Translations under genes and position numbers: made by a program
Shown here: positions 1 through 12,653 of the stretch, piece by piece
How the letters are laid out: the number at the start of each line of letters is the position of its first letter
Position numbering within the stretch: position 1 is the stretch's first letter
DNA from: Eledone cirrhosa
Lineage: Eukaryota
Length of the DNA: 64,000 nt
Direction: 5' to 3'
Assembly (NCBI GenBank): GCA_964016885.1
Contig: OZ024759.1
Location: forward strand, 9,796,001 to 9,860,000
Notes under the pieces: generated by a model
Database searches by the model: none
What the model saw: only the letters and a program-made list of their open reading frames with translations
Told to the model about the DNA's origin: nothing

Positions 1-1649
1 TGAGAAAGACATAGAGAGCGTAAGAGGGAGCGAGAGAAGGTGAGAAAGACATAGAGAGAGCGTGAGGGGGTGAGAAAGACATAGAGAAGGAGCGAGAGAG
101 GGTGAGAAGGACCGAGTGAGGGAAAGAGGGACAGAGAAAGGGTGAGAAAGAGATAGAAAGGGGATGAGAAAGAGATAGAGAGGGAGGGGTGAAAAAAAGA
201 GATAGGGGGTGGGAGAGGGTGTGTGTAGGAGAGAGATAGATAGAGAGAGAGGGTGTGTGTATACAAGAGAGAGAGTCTGTCTATTATAGAGAGGTGTGTG
301 TGTATGAGAGAGAGAGAGATAGGTGTGTGTGTGCGTGCGTGAGAGAGAGAGATAGGTGTGTGTGTGCGTGCGTGAGAGAGAGAGATAGGTGCGTGTGTGC
401 GTGCGTGAGAGAGAGAGAGATAGGTGCGTGTGTGTGTGCGTGAGAGAGAGAGGTGTGTGTGTATGAGAGAGAGGGTGTGTGAATATGAGAGAGAGAGTCT
501 GTCTATTATAGAGAGGTGTGTGTGTGTATGAGAGAGAGAGGGAGGTGTGTGTGTGTATGAGAGAGAGAGGAGGGTGGGTGATAGAGAGAAGGTGTGTGCA
601 TGAATGAGAGAGAGAGGTGTGTGTGTATGAGATAGATAGAGAGAGAGGGGGGGGTATATAATATAGAGAGAAGGTGTGTGCATGAATGAGAGAGAGAGGT
701 GTGTGTGTATGAGATAGAGAGAGAGAGGGAGAGGGGGTATATAATATAGAGAGAAGGTGTGTGCCTGAATGAGAGAGAGAGGTGTGTGTGTATGAGATAG
801 AGAGAGAGAGAGGGAGAGGGGTATATAATATAGAGAGAAGGTGTGTGCATGAATGAGAGAGAGAGGTGTGTGTGTATGAGATAGATAGATAGAGAGAGAG
901 GGGGAGGGGGTATATAACATAGAGAGGTGTGTGCATGAATGAGAGAGAGATGTGCGTGTGTGTATCAGATAGATAGATAGATAGATAGAGAGAGAGGGAG
1001 AGGGGGTATATAATATAGAGAGAAGGTGTGTGCATGAATGAGAGAGAGATGTGCGTGTGTGTATGAGATAGATAGATAGATAGATAGATAGAGAGAGAGG
1101 GAGAGGGGGTATATAACATAGAGAGGTGTGTGCATGAATGAGAGAGAGATGTGCGTGTGTGTATCAGATAGATAGATAGATAGATAGAGAGAGAGGGAGA
1201 GGGGGTATATAATATAGAGAGAAGGTGTGTGCATGAATGAGAGAGAGATGTGCGTGTGTGTATGAGATAGATAGATAGATAGATAGATAGAGAGAGAGGG
1301 AGAGGGGGTATATAATATAGAGAGAAGGTGTGTGCATGAATGAGAGAGAGAGGTGTGTGTGTATGAGATAGATAGATAGAGAGAGAGGGAGAGGGGTATA
1401 TAATATAGAGAGAAGGTGTGTGCATGAATGAGAGAGAGAGGTGTGTGTGTATGAGATAGATAGATAGAGAGAGAGGGAGAGGGGGTATATAATATAGAGA
1501 GAAGGTGTGTGCATGAATGAGAGAGAGATGTGTGTGTGTGTATGAGATAGATAGATAGATAGATAGAGAGAGAGGGAGAGGGGGTATATAATATAGAGAG
1601 AAGGTGTGTGCATGAATGAGAGAGAGAGGTGTGTGTGTGTATGAGATAG

Positions 1650-1681
<32 letters not shown>

Positions 1682-1730
1682 GGAGAGGGGGTATATAATA
1701 TAGAGAGTGTGTGTGTGTGTATGAGAGAGT
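1..1730. repeat. GA/GT/GATA-rich compound minisatellite (~85-100 bp variable unit)
   Basis: Recurrent GAGAAGGTGTGTGCATGAATGAGAGAGAGA...GATAGATAG...GGGGTATATAATATA unit. Confidence 0.9.
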
Positions 1731-1982
1731 GAAAAAGGTGCAGCGTTCTGAGGTTGTCAAACAATAAATTAATTAAAGTTAGTAGTTGTAAAGGTGGCCT
1801 TAATTGTGGTAGAAATAACTAACAAACTCCACAATAAACAGACAACATTCGCCCTTTAATGTCCAGCTAATTGGTTAATTCTTCATTTTATCAATAGCAG
1901 TCTTGCCCTCGGTTGTTACTTGTTAACTTAGAAACTTTCATACACACATACAGAAAGTAAACGGATAAATAAATAGCTGTAA

Positions 1983-2327
<345 letters not shown>

Positions 2328-2714
2328 CGGGTAAATTTTTCAACCACATTTTTTTATTTGTTTGACCCGAATTACTTAGTCGTTTCTATGGCAGTGCGGG
2401 TGACGGTTTAACCATCGTCTCAGTGTGTTTGGCCTTTAACGTATGTTGTAGCTCTGGTTCGTTAGAATCTATTGAGCGCTTGCCACACATCTCGGAAGTT
2501 GTTTTTCGCTAATTCCAAAGCCGAAATACGATTCTCGCTAATTTATATTTGTATATATATATATAACGAAGGAAATGTGGTAAGGAACCAGATGGACCAT
2601 AACGCACCAAAGTACTCAATACTTAGCGTAGTAGAGTGGGTAATAAGAACGAGTAGGACCCCGACGGCTGAGCTCAAGCCGTTTCGACGGCTAATTCTGG
2701 ACTAAATTGAATTC

Positions 2715-2890
2715 GCAATCGTGAGGTTGTGAGTTCGATTCCTGGACCGGGCGATGCGTTATGTCCTTGAGCAAGACACTTTATTTCACGTTGCTCCTTC
2801 TACCTGGAGTTGCGACAGATAGATAGTATTAGCAATTGGAAAGACCAATGGAAACATTGTTTCCTCGGTCCGATATGACGAAAGTCGGTA
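2715..2890 (+). mobile_element. tRNA-derived SINE fragment (family also at 52970-53185, minus strand)
   Basis: B box GTTCGATTC, central GTCCTTGAGCAAGACACTTT block; reverse-complement homology to 52970-53185. Confidence 0.75.
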
Positions 2891-2902
2891 TATGTATATA
2901 TA

Positions 2903-3757
2903 TGGTGGTGGTGTTGATGGTGGTGTTGGTGATAGTGGTGTTGGTGGTGGTGGTGGTGCTGGTGCCAGTCGTGGTGGTGGTGTAGTGGTGGAATAGTGCT
3001 GGTGGTGGTGGTGCCGGTGATAGTGGTGGTGGTGGTGGTAGTGGTGCCAGTGGTGGTGGTGCCAGTGATGATGGTGGTGGTGGTGGTGTTGCCAGTGATG
3101 GTGGTGGTGGTGGTGGTGGAATAGTGGTGGTAGTGGTGCCAGTGGTGGTGGTGCCAGTGATGATGGTGGTGGTGGTGCCGGTGGTGGTGGTGGTGTTGCC
3201 AGTGATGGTGGTGGTGGTGGTGGTGGTGGTAGTGGTGCCAGTGGTGGTGGTGTTGGTGGTGTTGGTGGTGCCGGTGGTGGTGGTGGTGCCGGTGTTGTTG
3301 GTGTTGGTGGTGGTGGTGGTGGTGGTGTTGGTGGAATAGTGGTGGTGTTGTTGGTGTTGGTGGTGGTGTTGGTGGTGGTGGTGGTGGAATAGTGGTGGTG
3401 TTGTTGGTGTTGGTGGTGGTGTTGGTGGTGGTTTTGGTGGTGGTGGTGTTGGTGGTGGAATAGTGGTGGTGTTGGTGGTGTTGGTGGTGGTGTTGTTGGT
3501 GCCGGTGGTGGTGGTGGTGGTGGTGCCGGTGTTGTTGGTGTTGGTGGCGATGGTGGTGATGGTAGTGGTGCCAGTGGTGGTGTAGTTGGTGGTGGTGGTG
3601 TTGGTGGTGGTGGTGTTGGTGGTGGTGCCGGTGGTGGTGTTGGTGGTGGTGCCGGTGGTGGTGTTGGTGGTGGTGCCGGTGGTGGTGTTGGTGGTGGTGC
3701 TGGTGGTGGTGGTGGTAGTGGTGCCAGTAATGGTGGTGGTGGTGGTAGTGGTGGTGT
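2903..3757. repeat. Degenerate (GGT)n trinucleotide repeat
   Basis: Continuous GGT/GGTGTT/GGTGCC tract. Confidence 0.95.
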
Positions 3758-3940
3758 GTGTTTCCTCTCAGCCACAATCCAAAATATCAAAGCGATATTT
3801 CAACACAAGAGATATCATAATAAATCAGTGGTTCCTAACTTTTTGTGAACCATGACCTCACTTCAACATTTCAAAAATTGTTATTGTCCCCACCATTTAT
3901 ATGAAAACAGCAATGATCAACTGGAAAGTGTAAACAAATT

Positions 3941-6900
3941 GGTGTAGGTGGTGCCAGATGTACAATAACATGTGGAGGAGGTGAGACAGGAGTTTCTGAC
4001 AGTAATGTCTACCAAAGTTACCTTGGTGTAGGTGGTACCAGATGTACTATAACATGTGGAGGAGGTGAGACAGGAGTTTCTGACAGTAATGTCTACCAAA
4101 GTTACCTTGGTGTAGGTGGTACCAGATGTACTATAACATGTGGAGGAGGTGAGACAGGAGTTTCTGACAGTAATGTCTACCAAAGTAGCCTTGGTGTAGG
4201 TGGTGCCAGATGTACTATAACATGTGGAGGAGGTGAGACAGGAGTTTCTGACAGTAATGTCTACCAAAGTTACCTTGGTGTAGGTGGTACCAGATGTACT
4301 ATAACATGTGGAGGAGGTGAGACAGGAGTTTCTGACAGTAATGTCTACCAAAGTAGCCTTGGTGTAGGTGGTGCCAGATGTACTATAACATGTGGTGGAG
4401 GTGAGACAGGTGTTTCTGACAGTAATGTCTACCAAAGTAGCCTCGGTGTAGGTGGTGCCAGATACACAATAACATGTGGAGGAGGTGAGACAGGGCTTTC
4501 TCATAGTAATGTCTACCAAAGTTACCTTGGTGTAGGTGGTGCCAGATACACAATAACATGTGGTGGAGGTGAGACAAGAGTTTCTGACAGTAATGTCTAC
4601 CAAAGTTACCTTGGTGTAGGTGGTGCCAGATGTACAATAACATGGGGGGGGGGGGACAGGAGATTCTGACAGTAATGTCTACCAAAGTAGCCTTGGTGTA
4701 GGTGGTGCCAGATGTACAATAACATGTGGTGGAGGTGAGACAGGAGTTTCTGACAGTAATGTCTACCAAAGTTACCTTGGTGTAGGTGGTGCCAGATGTA
4801 CAATAACATGTGGAGGAGGTGAGACAGGAGTTTCTGACAGTAATGTCTACCAAAGTTACCTTGGTGTAGGTGGTGCCAGATGTACTATAACATGTGGAGG
4901 AGGTGAGACAGGAGTTTCTGACAGTAATGTCTACCAAAGTTACCTTGGTGTAGATGGTGCCAGATGTACAATAACATGTGGTGGATGTGAGACAGGAGTT
5001 TCTGACAGTAATGTCTACCAAAGTTACCTTGGTGTAGATGGTGCCAGATGTACAATAACATGTGGTGGAGGTGAGACAGGAGTTTCTGACAGTAATGTCT
5101 ACCAAAGTAGCCTTGGTGTAGGTGGTGCCAGATGTACAATAACATGTGGTGGAGGTGAGGCAGGAGTTTCTGACAGTAATGTCTACCAAAGTAGCCTTGG
5201 TGTAGGTGGTGCCAGATGTACAATAACATGTGGTGGAGGTGAGGCAGGAGTTTCTGACAGTAATGTCTGCCAAAGTTACCTTGGTGTAGGTGGTGCCAGA
5301 TGTACAATAACATGTGGAGGAGGTGAGACGGGAGTTTCTGACAGTAATGTCTACCAAAGTTACCTTGGTGTAGGTGCTGCCAGATGTACAATAACATGTG
5401 GAGGAGGTGAGACAAGAGTTTCTGACAGTAATGTCTACCAAAGTTACCTTGGTGTAGGTGGTACCAGATGTACTATAACATGTGGAGGAGGTGAGACAGG
5501 AGTTTCTGACAGTAATGTCTACCAAAGTAGCCTTGGTGTAGGTGGTGCCAGATGTACAATAACATGTGGAGGAGGAGGTGAGACAGAAGTTTCTGACAGT
5601 AATGTCTACCAAAGTAGCCTTGGTGTAGGTGGTGCCAGATGTACTATAACATGTGGTGGAGGTGAGACAGGAGTTTCTGACAGTAATGTCTACCAAAGTA
5701 GCCTCGGTGTAGGTGGTGCCAGATACACAATAACATGTGGAGGAGGTGAGACAGGGCTTTCTCATAGTAATGTCTACCAAAGTTACCTTGGTGTAGGTGG
5801 TGCCAGATACACAATAACATGTGGTGGAGGTGAGACAAGAGTTTCTGACAGTAATGTCTACCAAAGTTACCTTGGTGTAGGTGGTGCCAGATGTACAATA
5901 ACATGTGGAGGAGGTGAGACAGGAGTTTCTGACAGTAATGTCTACCAAAGTAGCCTTGGTGTAGGTGGTGCCAGATGTACAATAACATGTGGTGGAGGTG
6001 AGACAGGTGTTTCTGACAGTAATGTCTACCAAAGTTACCTTGGTGTAGGTGGTGCCAGATACACAATAACATGTGGAGGAGGTGAGACAGGGCTTTCTCA
6101 TAGTGATGTCTACCAAAGTTACCTTGGTGTAGGTGGTGCCAGATACACAATAACATGTGGTGGAGGTGAGACAAGAGTTTCTGACAGCAATGTCTACCAA
6201 AGTTACCTTGGTGTAGGTGGTGCCAGATGTACAATAACATGGGGGGGGGGGGGGACAGGAGTTTCTGACAGTAATGTCTACCAAAGTTACCTTGGTGTAG
6301 GTGGTGCCAGATGTACTATAACATGTGGAGGAGGTGAGACAGGAGTTTCTGACAGTAATGTCTACCAAAGTTACCTTGGTGTAGATGGTGCCAGATGTAC
6401 AATAACATGTGGTGGATGTGAGACAGGAGTTTCTGACAGTAATGTCTACCAAAGTTACCTTGGTGTAGATGGTGCCAGATGTACAATAACATGTGGTGGA
6501 GGTGAGACAGGAGTTTCTGACAGTAATGTCTACCAAAGTAGCCTTGGTGTAGGTGGTGCCAGATGTACAATAACATGTGGTGGAGGTGAGGCAGGAGTTT
6601 CTGACAGTAATGTCTACCAAAGTAGCCTTGGTGTAGGTGGTGCCAGATGTACAATAACATGTGGTGGAGGTGAGGCAGGAGTTTCTGACAGTAATGTCTG
6701 CCAAAGTTACCTTGGTGTAGGTGGTGCCAGATGTACAATAACATGTGGAGGAGGTGAGACGGGAGTTTCTGACAGTAATGTCTACCAAAGTTACCTTGGT
6801 GTAGGTGCTGCCAGATGTACAATAACATGTGGAGGAGGTGAGACAGGAGTTTCTGACAGTAATGTCTACCAAAGTAGCCTTGGTGTAGGTGGTGCCAGAT

Positions 6901-7735
6901 GTACAATAACATGTGGTGGAGGTGAAACAGGAGTTTCTGACAGTAATGTCTACCAAAGTTACCTTGGTGTAGGTGGTGCCAGATGTACAATAACATATGG
7001 AGGAGGTGAGACAGGAGTTTCTGATGATAATGTCTACCAAAGTAGCCTTGGTGTAGGTGGTGCCAGATGTACAATAACATGTGGAGGAGGTGAGACAGGA
7101 GTTTCTGACAGTAATGTCTACCAAAGTAGCCTTGGTGTAGGTGGTGCCAGATGTACAATAACATGTGGTGGAGGTGAGACAGGAGTTTGACAGTAATGTC
7201 TACCAAAGTTACCTTGGTGTAGGTGGTGCCAGATGTACAATAACATGTGGTGGAGGTGAGACAGGAGTTTGACAGTAATGTCTACCAAAGTTACCTTGGT
7301 GTAGGTGGTGCCAGATGTACAATAACATGTGGTGGAGGTGAGACAGGAGTTTGACAGTAATGTCTACCAAAGTTACCTTGGTGTAGGTGGTGCCAGATGT
7401 ACAATAACATGTGGTGGAGGTGAGACAGGAGTTTCTGACAGTAATGTCTACCAAAGTTACCTTGGTGTAGGTGGTGCCAGATGTACTATAACATGTGGTG
7501 GAGGTGAGACAGGAGTTTCTGACAGTAATGTCTACCAAAGTTACCTTGGTGTAGGTGGTGCCAGATGTACAATAACATGTGGTGGAGGTGAGACAGGAGT
7601 TTCTGACAGTAATGTCTATCAAAGTTACCTTGGTGTAGGTGGTGCCAGATGTACAATAACATGTGGAGGAGGTGAGACAGGAGTTTCTGACAGTAATGTC
7701 TATCAAAGTTACCTTGGTGTAGATGTTATTGTACA
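3941..7735. repeat. 84-bp tandem satellite, ~45 copies
   Basis: GGTGTAGGTGGTGCCAGATGTACAATAACATGTGG...CAAAGTTACCTT recurs with period 84 (3941, 4025, ...). Confidence 0.95.
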
Positions 7736-8176
7736 TCTGGAGTGTTTTAAGACATCATGGCCTGGGAAAGATGAATGTCAATGGTCTTTCCCTTTTGCAG
7801 TTATGCACTTAGTTTGAGATGGTCATATGCAATATGTTTTTTCAGCAAAAGGAGATCCACAAGGCAATATCTGGTCTGTTATGCCTGCATTTTATTGGGG
7901 TTCCTATAGAATGCTACCTGGGCTCATTCTTCATTATAACATCTGTAACTAATTTAGGGAGAAATAATAAATAAAAACATGATGAAGAATTTGGTAATTC
8001 TGTTTTGGGTTTCTTGTAAATTGTTAGCTGGAAATAGTTATCTTTGATACATGGCCGTACTTTCACCTACTGAGGCCCTAGGCTATATAAAATTACATTA
8101 AAAATATGATTATTATTTTTTATATTAATGTTAAAAATATATAATAATCCGATATATAATAAATTATATATATATA

Positions 8177-8441
8177 TCACCTTGATCACCTTGACCGACC
8201 AGTCTGCCGGGCGCCAATTGGCACCGCTGGTCACAGCACGTCGTGCTGTTTTAGCCATAAGATAACGCCATCCCACTGGCTGGGCGGGCAGGCCGGTACT
8301 CATTTCTACAGCTGAGTAAACTGGAGCAACGTGAAATAAAGTGTCTTGCTCAAGGAAACAACACATCACCCGGTCTGAGAATTGAACTCACGACCTTTCA
8401 ATTGCAAGCCCAATGTTTTAACCACTAAGCCATGCGCCTTC
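8177..8441 (-). mobile_element. tRNA-derived SINE (same head as the 8910 family, different 3' body)
   Basis: Minus strand has A box TGGCTTAGTGG, B box GTTCAATTC and CCTTGAGCAAGACAC block. Confidence 0.8.
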
Positions 8442-8454
8442 ACACACACAACAA

Positions 8455-8528
<74 letters not shown>

Positions 8529-8910
8529 GCTTGAGGTAAACATTGATGCAATTCAATTCAAGCACTCAAAGTACTTATTCCACATAGGAGTGGCGGATTA
8601 AATATTGAATAAGGAAAAGCAAAGTAGTTCCAGATGTTCAAGTCCTTTAATAATAATTGTTTCTACTTTTGGCACAAGGCCAGCAAATTACTCAGTACAT
8701 TACTGGTACTTTTTTAAAATCCAATGCCAATAAATACACCAGGATTTTTTCATTCTGATGATTGAAAGCAAAATTTTTTTTGCTTTTAAGAAACCACTGG
8801 TAAATGAAATAATTGCCTTATGTTGTTTATTACATAACTATTAAGCTCTGTTACTTACATAGAGCACTCTTTTTTCCTGGACTTTTCCGACGGAATTACG
8901 TCACATATAT

Positions 8911-9249
8911 GGAGGCACATGGCTTAGTGGTTAGAGCATTGGCCTTGCAATCGAAAGGTTGTGAGTTCAATTCTCAGACTGGGTGATGTGTTGTTTCCTT
9001 GAGCAAGACACTTTATTTCACATTGCTCCAGTTTACTCAGCTGTAGAAATGAGATGATAGGGACTAGGGTTCATATCATTCCACTGCAAAGTGGTCGTGC
9101 AGGTGCCACGGCAAAAAAGCACCCAGCACTCACTGTAAATGAGGTTGGTGTTAGGAAGGGCATCCAGCTGTAGAAATCAAGCCAGAATCAGTTCCCGTCC
9201 CACCCTTGCAAGCAGGGAAAAGCGGACGTAAAATGAAATGATGATGATG

Positions 9250-9250
<1 letters not shown>
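8911..9250 (+). mobile_element. tRNA-derived SINE with RTE-LINE-derived 3' tail
   Basis: A/B boxes; tail GGTGTTAGGAAGGGCATCCAGCTGTAGAAA...GGACGTAAAA(TGA)n shared with the RTE 3' UTR at 49840-50112. Confidence 0.85.
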
Positions 9251-9280
<30 letters not shown>

Positions 9281-9312
9281 TACATGGGTGTGTATGATTG
9301 TGTATAGAAGAT

Positions 9313-9640
9313 TATATTAATAAAAGGAATTCCAACTTTGTCTGATTTACTCGTTTTATTTAGAATCCTTTACAGTTTGCAAAACTTATTATTCTGTAGC
9401 CGCTTTTCACTGTATATAAGGCACAAAATTTACCCATCTCATTACAGTTGAAAATTGCAAACTTGACTGTCACCACAGAATAAGAACCTGAAGATTGCGA
9501 AAGCATGAAAGTACTTGTTCAATTATCACTTAACATATAATATTCTACCATACTATTTCATTATAATATCATTATAATTTTAAAGGATTGTAAATAAAAT
9601 GAGTAAATCAGACAAAGTTGGAATTCCTTTTATTAATATA
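9313..9640 (+). mobile_element. Short Penelope-type (pLTR-like) element with inverted ~60-bp ends and a hammerhead ribozyme
   Basis: 9313-9372 is the reverse complement of 9581-9640; internal hammerhead; TA-rich flanks. Confidence 0.7.
9484..9520 (+). ncRNA. Minimal type-I hammerhead ribozyme
   Basis: gaac-CTGAAGA-t-tgc(gaaa)gca-t-GAA-AGTACT-T-gttc: helix I gaac/gttc, palindromic helix III, CUU triplet. Confidence 0.8.
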
Positions 9641-9647
9641 TATATAT

Positions 9648-9990
9648 CATCATTTCATCATCATCATTTTACATCCGCTTTTCCCTGCTTGCAAGGGTGG
9701 GACGGGAACTGATTCTGGCTTGATTTCTACAGCTGGATGCTCTTCCTAACACCAACCTCATTTACAGTGAGTGCTGGGTGCTTTTTTGCCTTGGCACCTC
9801 CACGACCACTTCACAGTGGAATGATAGGGACCCCAGTCCCTATCATCTCATTTCTACAGCTGAGTAAACTGGAGCAATGTGAAATAAAGTGTCTTGCTCA
9901 AGGAAACAACACATCGCCCTGTCTGAGAATTGAACTCACAACCTTTCGATTGAAAGGCCAATGCTCTAACCACTAAGCCATGTGCCTCCA
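9648..9990 (-). mobile_element. tRNA-derived SINE with RTE-derived tail
   Basis: Reverse-complement homolog of 8911-9250. Confidence 0.85.
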
Positions 9991-10046
9991 TATATATATA
10001 TATATATATACACACACATACATACATACATACACATACATATATA

Positions 10047-10198
10047 TACCACATTTCCCGGCGTCGAAGACTCTACTTTTTTCCTAAAATAAGTCTCAAA
10101 AATCTACCATGCATCCTGGAGGCCGAAGGTTGTTTATTATTTTTTTATAAGGGTGCATCCTCGAGGACGAAGCGCCTTCGGTGCCGGGAAATACGGTA
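10047..10198. mobile_element. Tc1/mariner-superfamily (Tc2-like) MITE; other copies at 11287-11457, 15578-15748, 26141-26313, partial at 16445-16510
   Basis: TA-flanked terminal inverted repeats of consensus CCGTATTTCCCGGC...GCCGGGAAATACGG; multiple homologous copies. Confidence 0.75.
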
Positions 10199-10227
10199 TA
10201 TATATATGTGTGCATATATATATATAC

Positions 10228-10655
10228 TTTGGCGGTACTCAGTAACAGAGAAGACCCGCCTTACCTAAATATATAGTAAAACCTACTCCAGCCAGTAGGC
10301 ATCTCTAACAAAATACACCCCCCCCCCCACCCACCCCATCCACACCACCCCGTTCTATGTAAAGTTATGTTGGTGCCGCGCCATCGAGGCCGAAACAAAT
10401 GAGATCGTGTAGGTGTCACGACAAAAAACACACAGTCCACGCTGTAATGTGGCCGTGTAGGCAACACGGTAAAAACCTCCCAGACCCACACTGTAAATGT
10501 GGTTGGTGTTAGGAAGGGCATCCAACTGTAGAAAACCCGCCAGACAGTCCTATGCGAGCAAGACAATCACTCTTGCCTCAAGTGGGACTACCCCCGTCCA
10601 AACCCATGCAAGCGTGGAACACGGACGTTAAACGTTGATGATGATGATGATGATA
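10228..10655 (+). mobile_element. RTE LINE 3' end/UTR fragment inserted only in the left palindrome arm
   Basis: Matches the 3' end of the 27468-29828 RTE (GAGAAGACCCGCCTTACCTAAAT; (TGA)n tail); absent from the right arm. Confidence 0.8.
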
Positions 10656-11685
10656 TATATATGTTATTCCGGGTTGAATCGGAGGTAACCACAGTAAGTA
10701 AGGTACTCAATACAAAGCAGAGTATAAAAGTTTTAATATAGATGAGCTTCTACAGGACTAGAACTGTTTCATTCTTAGTAAGAAAGCACCAACAGTCATT
10801 ATGTATGCCAAAGAGTAAAACAAAACAGGCATTTCATATTTTATTAATGTTAAGTAGATTCAATATATTTATCTAAAAAAAAATTTTTTTTAAATGTTTT
10901 AAAACTAGTTTGAAAGCATTTTTAAGATTTTAACATTTTAGCACCAAATTCTTGAATATTTATGACTCTTGTAGCTTCTATTCCAGCTGTAGAAATGAGT
11001 TGTGATGTCAGTGATGCCAAGCTGTATCAGCCATTATCTTTTCCTGGGACAGCAGTAGTGTGAATGTTTATATAGGTAGGGTGTGTCATATATATTTTAA
11101 CCATTAGAAAAAACAAAATGAATTCTGCACCTTTGATGGAGGGATGACTCAAGAAGAAGAAGGCTCTCATTCCAACCATTATTGTCATTAAAAAATAATA
11201 ATTAATTTCTTTAATTAGCTGAGGGTCATGAATTTATATATGAGACGAAACCCTTTTAATACAAATTATCAAACCAATGCAGGACTTACCATATTTCCCG
11301 GCGGCAAAGACACTTCGTCTTTGAGGACACATCCTAATTTTGACAACCAAAAATTTGAAAAAAATAATAAACAACCTTTGGCCTCCAGGACGCATGGTAG
11401 AGTTTTGAGACTTATTTTAGGAAAAAAGTAGCATCTTCGACGCCTGGAAATATGGTATCTATAAGATAAATAAACTATAACTTAGGGCCACACATCCTCA
11501 GGGACCTCATTTTTTAAAAATATATTTTTATTTTATCACTAGTTTTTATTCTTTAACACTAAATCATCAAAGATTATATATATATATATCCAGGGAGTGT
11601 AACTTGGAGTTACTGCAGGTTCACCCGGGTGAGCACTCGATGTTTAGGTTCACTTCAGTGTCGAGGTGTAGAGCTAGACAGAGTG

Positions 11686-11926
11686 TATATAGTGAAAAGA
11701 TAACAAGGAGGATTGGTTACTCCTTCATTACATTTATTGGTTGGTGACGCACGTTTCGCCACTGATCAGCTCAAGGTTTGATCTGTATCGATCTTACCCG
11801 ACTTTAATCCGCGGTTCGACAGACCCCTTGTAATGCTAGTAGCTGATCAGTGGTGAAACGTGCGTCACCAACCAATAAATGTAATGAAGGAGTAACCAAT
11901 TGTCCTTGTTATCTTTTCACTATATA
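11686..11926 (-). mobile_element. Fold-back pLTR-like element with degenerate hammerhead (11743-11825, minus strand)
   Basis: ~85-bp inverted arms; minus strand ggt-CTGTCGA-long helix II-GAAAC-gtgc-GTC-acc (A6U core change). Confidence 0.6.
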
Positions 11927-11933
11927 TATATTT

Positions 11934-12122
11934 ATAGAATAGCTTTCACTGTATTTTTGACTAAAGGAATTTTAGCCTGATAATGGGGTTTAGAACCCTC
12001 AGATAAATGGAAAAGATGAGTATTGACGTACACACTCATCTTTTTCCATTTATCTGAGGGTTCTTAACCCCATTATCAGGCTAAAATCCCTTTAGTCAAA
12101 AATACGGTGAAAGCTATTCTAT
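11934..12122. repeat. ~190-bp near-perfect hairpin (probable pLTR-derived)
   Basis: ATAGAATAGCTTTCAC...GTGAAAGCTATTCTAT arms with a loop near 12025. Confidence 0.8.
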
Positions 12123-12165
12123 TTTCTAATTTCAAACCTGCTCACTGTTTCAAAACATACTTACT

Positions 12166-12212
<47 letters not shown>

Positions 12213-12219
<7 letters not shown>

Positions 12220-12640
12220 CAGAATATTAATAAATGAAGACATTCACATAATCAAAATATATGTTTTATTATATATATTTCGGAGGTACTGTGCTGTTTT
12301 TTCAGTACGTCCTCGTCAGATAAAATACATGAATTGATGTATGACATACCTCAACAGTCTTGATAGTTCAATTCCAGTATTGGCAGTTGAACCATCAAGA
12401 CAGTTGAGGTATGTCATACATCAATTCATGTATTTTATCTGACGAGGACGTACTGAAACAACAGCACAGTACCTTCGAAATATATATAATAAAACATATA
12501 TTTTGATTATGTGAATGTCTTCATTTATTAATATTCTGAATAATATTAATAACTCCAGAAAACTTCCAAGTAGAGTGCTTTTAATCTATTGTAAAACTAT
12601 ATTCATTGAGTAATCAATGAACCATATTAATCTTTGGTTA
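12213..12640 (+). mobile_element. Fold-back pLTR-like element (arms 12213-12546) with hammerheads on both arms
   Basis: ~160-bp inverted arms, longer right-hand tail, bounded by (TA)n. Confidence 0.75.
12433..12495 (+). ncRNA. Type-I hammerhead ribozyme (copies at 12263-12326 -, 14548-14611 -, 14716-14780 +)
   Basis: ttttat-CTGACGA-gga.gtactg...cagtac.cttc-GAA-ATATATAT-A-ataaaa. Confidence 0.85.
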
Positions 12641-12653
12641 TATATATATATAT

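Noticed and set aside
2370-2700. Hammerhead-like remnants on the minus strand (also ~10750-10790 - and ~14195-14255 +)
   Set aside because: Core is missing, truncated or too degenerate to call; probably pLTR debris
2786-3855. Pro/His/Val-rich ORFs (also 56567-57456 and 60127-61140)
   Set aside because: Translations of GGT/GAT microsatellites
4383-7124. 913-aa Cys/Thr-rich ORF and other long ORFs in the 84-, 72- and 39-bp arrays
   Set aside because: Unit lengths are multiples of 3, several frames are open at once, frame switches occur, and there are no unique termini or splice context
8750-8795. CTGATGA-tt-GAAA motif (similar case at 59670-59705, minus strand)
   Set aside because: No usable helix II or helix I; likely chance
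8911-8985. tRNA gene
   Set aside because: A/B boxes are present but continue into a SINE body; multiple dispersed copies
11590-11640. Twister-like motif (GAGTTACTGC...CCCGGGT)
   Set aside because: Lacks the conserved L4 AAG and a UAA cleavage-site context; only local hairpins
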